From contig JAUVVC010000009.1 in NCBI GenBank assembly GCA_030604855.1, forward strand, positions 36,868 through 68,867: 32,000 nucleotides of DNA, read 5' to 3'. The position numbers and the translations under genes were made by a program. Below the pieces are notes generated by a model. That model searched no databases. It was not told where the DNA came from and saw only the letters and a program-made list of their open reading frames with translations. Each line of letters begins with the position of its first letter. Within the stretch, counting starts at the first letter, position 1. This DNA is from Erysipelotrichaceae bacterium. Lineage in GTDB: Bacteria > Bacillota_I > Bacilli_A > Erysipelotrichales > Erysipelotrichaceae. This document shows positions 28,214-32,000 of this stretch, piece by piece.

Positions 28214-29031
28214 TCACCCTCGGGTTGACGTTGAATGGCATCTTTCATCCATTCAGCACGCGTTTCTTCACTTAAGTTCGCTAAAACATTATTGATTGTT
28301 TCTAAGAGTTCGATAGAATCTTTGGCTACTGCCACGGAAACCGTTGTGTCTTCAAAACTTGTCGCAAAACCATTGCCTTCCGCAAAGCTGATGATCTTCA
28401 AATCAGGGTTTGAAGCTACGATGCTCAAAGCGACAGGGTATTCCGACACCATCGCATCAAATTCTTTGTTTACTACAGAATTGGTCAATAGAGCGAAACT
28501 GCCTAAAGGTGTACCATGAACGACACTTGGAATCTGATCCACAACCGTATCATGGAAGGTTCCTTTTTGAGCCACGACACTGGCGCCTGTGAAATCAACC
28601 AATGACGATGCGTTTGTGTATGTGGAATCGTTACGTACGATCAAGACCAAATCGGATGCGTAATAGGGGGTTGAGAAACTGACGGATTCACGACGCTCAG
28701 CCGTGTCGGTCATACCAGCAACGATCATATCGATCTCACCGTTGTTCAATGCATCGATCAAACCTTCCCATGCGATTTTCTTAACAATGAGTTCTTGTCC
28801 AGCTTCAGCCGCGATGGCTTGTGCGATTTGAACATCGTATCCATCACAATAACCGGTTCCTTGTTCATTGTTGATGAGAAGTGCGGTCTCACTGCTTTCT
28901 ACTTGTGTCCAGTTGAAAGGTGCATACGCACATTCCATACCCACATAGAGGACATCTTCCTCTGAGGGTGCCGCTGTGCATGCACTTAAACTTAAACTGA
29001 GTAATCCTAATAACATGACTAATTTTTTCAT
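28210..29031 (-). CDS. Amino acid ABC transporter substrate-binding lipoprotein (family 3 SBP). Probably lysine-related, given the upstream L-box.
   Basis: Signal peptide and lipobox MKKLVMLLGLLSLSLSAC. GMECAYAPFNW and IDMIVAGMT motifs. SD AAAGGAG before the ATG at 29031. The upstream 93 codons of the listed ORF are riboswitch, not coding. Confidence 0.9.
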   Translation of the reverse strand: MKKLVMLLGLLSLSLSACTAAPSEEDVLYVGMECAYAPFNWTQVESSETALLINNEQGTGYCDGYDVQIAQAIAAEAGQELIVKKIAWEGLIDALNNGEIDMIVAGMTDTAERRESVSFSTPYYASDLVLIVRNDSTYTNASSLVDFTGASVVAQKGTFHDTVVDQIPSVVHGTPLGSFALLTNSVVNKEFDAMVSEYPVALSIVASNPDLKIISFAEGNGFATSFEDTTVSVAVAKDSIELLETINNVLANLSEETRAEWMKDAIQRQPEGE

Positions 29032-29050
29032 AATCCTGCTCCTTTTCGTT

Positions 29051-29080
29051 AAACAAAAGATCGCATCTATAACGCGACCT
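29051..29080 (-). terminator. Expression-platform terminator of the lysine riboswitch
   Basis: The minus strand reads AGGUCGC-GUUAUAGAU-GCGAUCU followed by UUUGUUU. The loop segment GUUAUAG is complementary to the 3' strand of aptamer P1 (CUAUAAC), which gives an antiterminator alternative. Confidence 0.75.
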
Positions 29081-29097
29081 TTGTACTTTAGGTGTTT

Positions 29098-29256
29098 GTT
29101 ATAGCGCCCTTCAAATTGAAGGAGTGTCATGAATCTTATCCATGACCCCACGAAACATCTTGCCAGATGGATCGTTCGGCGACGGTTGCCTTTCCTAAAG
29201 TTCATTGCTTGCCAGCTCACTTTAGTACTCTTCTGCGTCGCTACCTCTATATATCT
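29098..29256 (-). promoter_or_regulatory. Lysine riboswitch (L-box) aptamer
   Basis: The minus strand reads AUAGAGGUAGCGACGCAGAAGAGUA...CUUUAGGAAAGGCAACCGUCGCCGAAC...UGGGGUCAUGGAUAAGAUUCAUGAC...CCUUCAAUUUGAAGGGCGCUAUA. This matches the conserved L-box blocks (AGAGGNGC, GAGUA, GAAAGG, CGUCGCCGAA, UGGGG-hairpin) and closes P1 (UAUAG/CUAUA). Confidence 0.8.
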
Positions 29257-29268
29257 TTTGTCCTTAAG

Positions 29269-29297
29269 AGTATAAGTATAATCTAATCCTTTGTCAA
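29269..29297 (-). promoter_or_regulatory. Sigma-A promoter driving the L-box and ABC operon
   Basis: On the minus strand: -35 TTGACA (29297-29292), 17-nt spacer, -10 TATACT (29274-29269). The -35 lies inside the last codons of the upstream ttcA-like gene. Confidence 0.7.
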
Positions 29298-30014
29298 GCC
29301 CTTGACCCAAAGTTTCGTTTGTTCCGTATTATGCAACATTTTGATGAAGTTATCGTGTGCAGTAGGATAGTTGACATATAATTCTTGGAGCCACTCTTTG
29401 ATGTCTTGTCGCTTCGTAACCCCATCCATTGGACAGCCTGATTTCTTAACAGGCAAATTAAGGATTTCTGTGTTGGCAATGATTTCGGATTCCTTGATGT
29501 AGACAAAGGGACGAATGAAATCAATTTTGGATTCACTCATGTACATCTTGGGATCGAAAGTGTTCAGTTTACCACCGAAGATCGCATTTAGAAATAGGGT
29601 CTCGATCGCATCATCCGCATGATGAGCAAAGGAAACTTTATTACATCCAAGCTCCAATGCTTTTTGAATGACGATGCCTTTCTTGAACTTTGAGCATAAT
29701 GAGCATTGGATGCGATCATCTTTTTTATTCAGTTCTAGTATCTCACGGACTTGCGAAGGGAAAATATGATTCTCAATGCCTTGGGCATCAAAAAAGGTTT
29801 TAACAGCTTGGTAATCCTCACCCACAAAGCCAAGATCGATGTGGATTCCGATCAATTTGAAGTTTTTTCTGGATTTGATTCGATATTCTTCGAGTGCATA
29901 GAGTAACAAGGTTGAATCTTTGCCGCCACTCAATCCAACAGCAATGACATCACCATCTGCGAACATCGCATAATCTTTATCCGCTAGACCTATTTTCTTA
30001 ATCAAAGTTTTCAT
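29283..30014 (-). CDS. ttcA: PP-loop ATP pyrophosphatase of the TtcA family (tRNA 2-thiocytidine synthetase-like)
   Basis: PP-loop GLSGGKDS, CSLCSKFKKG, HHADDAIETLFLN, and a later GCP cysteine. Confidence 0.8.
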   Translation of the reverse strand: MKTLIKKIGLADKDYAMFADGDVIAVGLSGGKDSTLLLYALEEYRIKSRKNFKLIGIHIDLGFVGEDYQAVKTFFDAQGIENHIFPSQVREILELNKKDDRIQCSLCSKFKKGIVIQKALELGCNKVSFAHHADDAIETLFLNAIFGGKLNTFDPKMYMSESKIDFIRPFVYIKESEIIANTEILNLPVKKSGCPMDGVTKRQDIKEWLQELYVNYPTAHDNFIKMLHNTEQTKLWVKGLTKD

Positions 30015-30049
30015 GAGCAGTTCTTTCTTTCATAATCAGGATTCTATTG

Positions 30050-30055
30050 TATAAT
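30050..30055 (+). promoter_or_regulatory. Candidate -10 box for truB-ribF
   Basis: TATAAT lies 21 nt upstream of the truB ATG, in the 62-bp divergent region shared with the ttcA-like gene. Confidence 0.45.
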
Positions 30056-30076
30056 AGTCTAGGTTAACGAACAACA

Positions 30077-30919
30077 ATGCAAGGCTTAATTTTAATCAAC
30101 AAACCACAGAACATGACTTCTTTCGATGTCGTTGCCGTGGTTCGTAAAACATTGAATATAAAAAAGATCGGGCATGCGGGCACATTGGATCCCAATGCAG
30201 AAGGCTTATTGATCATACTCGTGGACAAGGCGACCAAAGCCTTGCCATTTTTAGCCTTGAATCGGAAGGAATATCTTGCTCAACTCGAATTTGGGATTAA
30301 AACCAACACAGGCGATATCTGGGGTGAAGTCATTGCGAAAGATGATGCGTTTAATATTGATGAAGCCAAGATCGATGCGGTTTTAAATTCGTTTTTGGGC
30401 ATCACAAATCAGACACCACCAAAGGTATCCGCAATTTCCATAAAAGGGAAACGTTTATATGAATATGCACGTGCGAACATCGATGTAGAGATTCCGGAGC
30501 GCGAGATAGAAATCTATAAGATTGAGAAAATCGCGTTTGCGGATGGAATATTGACGTTTAAGGTGGAGTGCTCGAGTGGAACGTACATCCGTAGTCTTTG
30601 TGAGGATATTGCGATAAAATTGAATACGATTGGAACCATGCATGCTTTGACACGAACATCGATCGGTCCTTATCGTATTGAAGATGCGATTAATATCGAG
30701 TCCTTGAGACAAAATGAATATCGCTTGTTGCCAGTCATCGATGCGATTGAACTGGAAAAAGTTGAGGTCGATCCTATAACGGATGTTAAGAATGGAAAGA
30801 AATTGAATTTGAGTCATACTTCTGATGTAATTTTGGTAACACATCAAAACGAACCGATTGCTGTCTATCAGTATCAAGAAGATGATGGATCATATCATTG
30901 TGTGCGAGGGTTATGGTAG
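30077..30919 (+). CDS. truB: tRNA pseudouridine(55) synthase TruB
   Basis: GLILINKPQNMTSFDVV and the catalytic GHAGTLDP motif. Confidence 0.95.
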   Translation: MQGLILINKPQNMTSFDVVAVVRKTLNIKKIGHAGTLDPNAEGLLIILVDKATKALPFLALNRKEYLAQLEFGIKTNTGDIWGEVIAKDDAFNIDEAKIDAVLNSFLGITNQTPPKVSAISIKGKRLYEYARANIDVEIPEREIEIYKIEKIAFADGILTFKVECSSGTYIRSLCEDIAIKLNTIGTMHALTRTSIGPYRIEDAINIESLRQNEYRLLPVIDAIELEKVEVDPITDVKNGKKLNLSHTSDVILVTHQNEPIAVYQYQEDDGSYHCVRGLW

Positions 30920-31849
30920 ATGATAGAAATTAAATTAAGTGCTGAAAAACAAACATTTGATCAAGCAATGGCCGCATGCATCGGTTATTTTGATGGTTTT
31001 CACTTGGGGCATCAAAGTCTCTTCAATAAGACTTTAGCCATTGCGAAGCGTAATAATCGCTTATCAACGATCATTAGTTTTGATCCAGATCCGTGGGTCG
31101 TCATTCATAAAGTTCCAAATGCCAATCATTTGACCACGATTGAAGATCGTAAGCGCTTGGCTGCTCAGCTGGGCTTTGATGTTTGGATCAGCATTCAGTT
31201 TGATGAAACCATGGCTAATATGGAACCGTTGTTATTCTTAGAAAAATTGTGGGATCTGAAGATCGAAGACCTTGTTTGTGGCTTTGATTTCAAATTTGGC
31301 AAAAAGGGAATGGGTGATGTTCAATTCTTGAAGATGAATGAATCGGAAACCTTCCATGTGCACGAGGTATCCGAATATCAAGTGAATCAAGAAAAGGTGA
31401 GCAGCACACGAATTAAAATTGCTTTGAAGAATGGTGAGATGGAGTTGGCAGCACAATTGTTGGGTCGTTATTATGCTTTGCATGGAGAGGTTGTCGGTGG
31501 TCGTCAGATCGGTCGTAAGATCGGGTATCCAACCGCGAACCTTGAAGTGGATTCAGAATATGTTCTGCCCAAAATGGGTGTTTATGCCGGTTTTGTGAAC
31601 ATCGATGGTCTTCAATTTGGAGCCATGATCAGTATAGGTTTGAATCCAACGGTTAAAAGTGACAAACTCATTTCAATCGAAGCCCATATTTTTGATTTCG
31701 ACCGGGATATTTATCATAAACATGTGGATTTTGTCTTCGTTCATTATCTCAGACCTGAACTGAAATTTGCAAATCTAGATGGGTTAATAGAGCAACTCAA
31801 GCTCGATGAAATCGACTCACGACGCTATTTAAAAGACAAGCATGTTTGA
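30920..31849 (+). CDS. ribF: Bifunctional riboflavin kinase / FMN adenylyltransferase
   Basis: GYFDGFHLGHQ (nucleotidyltransferase HxGH). Kinase domain GRKIGYPTANL and EAHIFDFDRDIY. The ATG abuts the truB stop. Confidence 0.95.
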   Translation: MIEIKLSAEKQTFDQAMAACIGYFDGFHLGHQSLFNKTLAIAKRNNRLSTIISFDPDPWVVIHKVPNANHLTTIEDRKRLAAQLGFDVWISIQFDETMANMEPLLFLEKLWDLKIEDLVCGFDFKFGKKGMGDVQFLKMNESETFHVHEVSEYQVNQEKVSSTRIKIALKNGEMELAAQLLGRYYALHGEVVGGRQIGRKIGYPTANLEVDSEYVLPKMGVYAGFVNIDGLQFGAMISIGLNPTVKSDKLISIEAHIFDFDRDIYHKHVDFVFVHYLRPELKFANLDGLIEQLKLDEIDSRRYLKDKHV

Positions 31850-32000
31850 CTCCTAATGTAAATTATTGTAAATTTGCTTGATTGAAAAAGTAGATTCCAC
31901 ATTGTAAGAGTCAAGTCCATATTTTCAGGATAGATAGAAAATCGAGTCTTAAAAGGTAGGGTTTTTCTAAGCTAAACAGGATGAATTGAGCATTATTTAA

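Noticed and set aside
29032-29282. T-box leader upstream of the amino-acid ABC transporter. An AGAGUA-type element and a GGC-A triplet in a loop looked like a specifier loop.
   Set aside because: No T-box antiterminator sequence (GGUGGNACCGCG with a UGGN bulge) is present. No Stem I distal platform is present either. The conserved blocks instead match the lysine riboswitch (AGAGGNGC, GAGUA, GAAAGG, CGUCGCCGAA).
29032-29310. N-terminal 93-codon extension of the substrate-binding protein ORF (the listed 366-aa ORF).
   Set aside because: The extension spans the riboswitch, its terminator and the promoter. A strong SD and a textbook lipoprotein signal peptide begin at the internal ATG at 29031.
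25816-30076. Mobile genetic element or defence island interpretation of the opposite-strand block.
   Set aside because: No integrase, transposase, recombinase, flanking direct or inverted repeats, tRNA attachment site, nuclease, helicase or toxin-like genes are present. The contents are metabolic or transport genes, so I report only a synteny break.
1-32000. Alternative genetic code (TGA read as Trp, as in Mollicutes), considered because of the AT-rich, Mollicutes-like gene content.
   Set aside because: TGA terminates several ORFs at family-typical lengths (1381-1383, 2016-2018, 2704-2706, 8846-8848, 23340-23342). Trp is encoded by TGG throughout.
1-32000. CRISPR arrays, tRNA/rRNA genes, large tandem repeats.
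   Set aside because: Reading both strands found no regularly spaced direct repeats and no cloverleaf or rRNA-like segments. The intergenic regions are short and are accounted for by promoters, terminators and the two leaders.

Overview
This window is mostly core housekeeping DNA from a Firmicutes-type (Bacillota) chromosome. It has PolC, the Prp/L27-propeptide system, YlxR/YlxQ, YloU/YloV and DivIB. TGA acts as a stop codon, so the standard code applies, and the sequence looks moderately AT-rich by eye (not computed). Genes on the plus strand, in order: a sensor histidine kinase (5' end probably cut by the window edge), an NPPY methyltransferase, a DUF554 membrane protein, rplU-prp-rpmA, obg, ruvA-ruvB, a rhodanese, murG-murB-divIB, asp23-family/yloV, recG, rnc, an orphan GltD/NfnB-like Fe-S flavoprotein, polC, rimP-nusA-ylxR-ylxQ-infB-rbfA, and truB-ribF. 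Minus-strand genes are a lone HAD hydrolase (7045-7701) and a 4.2-kb block (25816-30014). That block splits the normally contiguous rbfA|truB junction. It carries a radical-SAM/SPASM gene, a polar-amino-acid ABC transporter (lipoprotein, permease, ATPase) behind a lysine (L-box) riboswitch that can be read directly from the sequence, and a TtcA-like PP-loop gene. I found no CRISPR array, transposase, integrase, toxin-antitoxin pair or recognisable defence system, and I cannot honestly claim a clear novel system. The points most worth a second look are: (1) the opposite-strand block with its orphan rSAM/SPASM enzyme; (2) the L-box, which has unusually small P2/P3 arms; (3) a recurring (TGn)TAWAAT-N6-ATG architecture at four SD-less genes, which suggests leaderless mRNAs; (4) an orphan GltD-like oxidoreductase abutting both rnc and polC; (5) a roughly 200-aa K/E-rich tail on NusA; (6) a terminator-like leader hairpin upstream of rimP-nusA. 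All product calls rest on motif and family recognition by eye. No database search was run.
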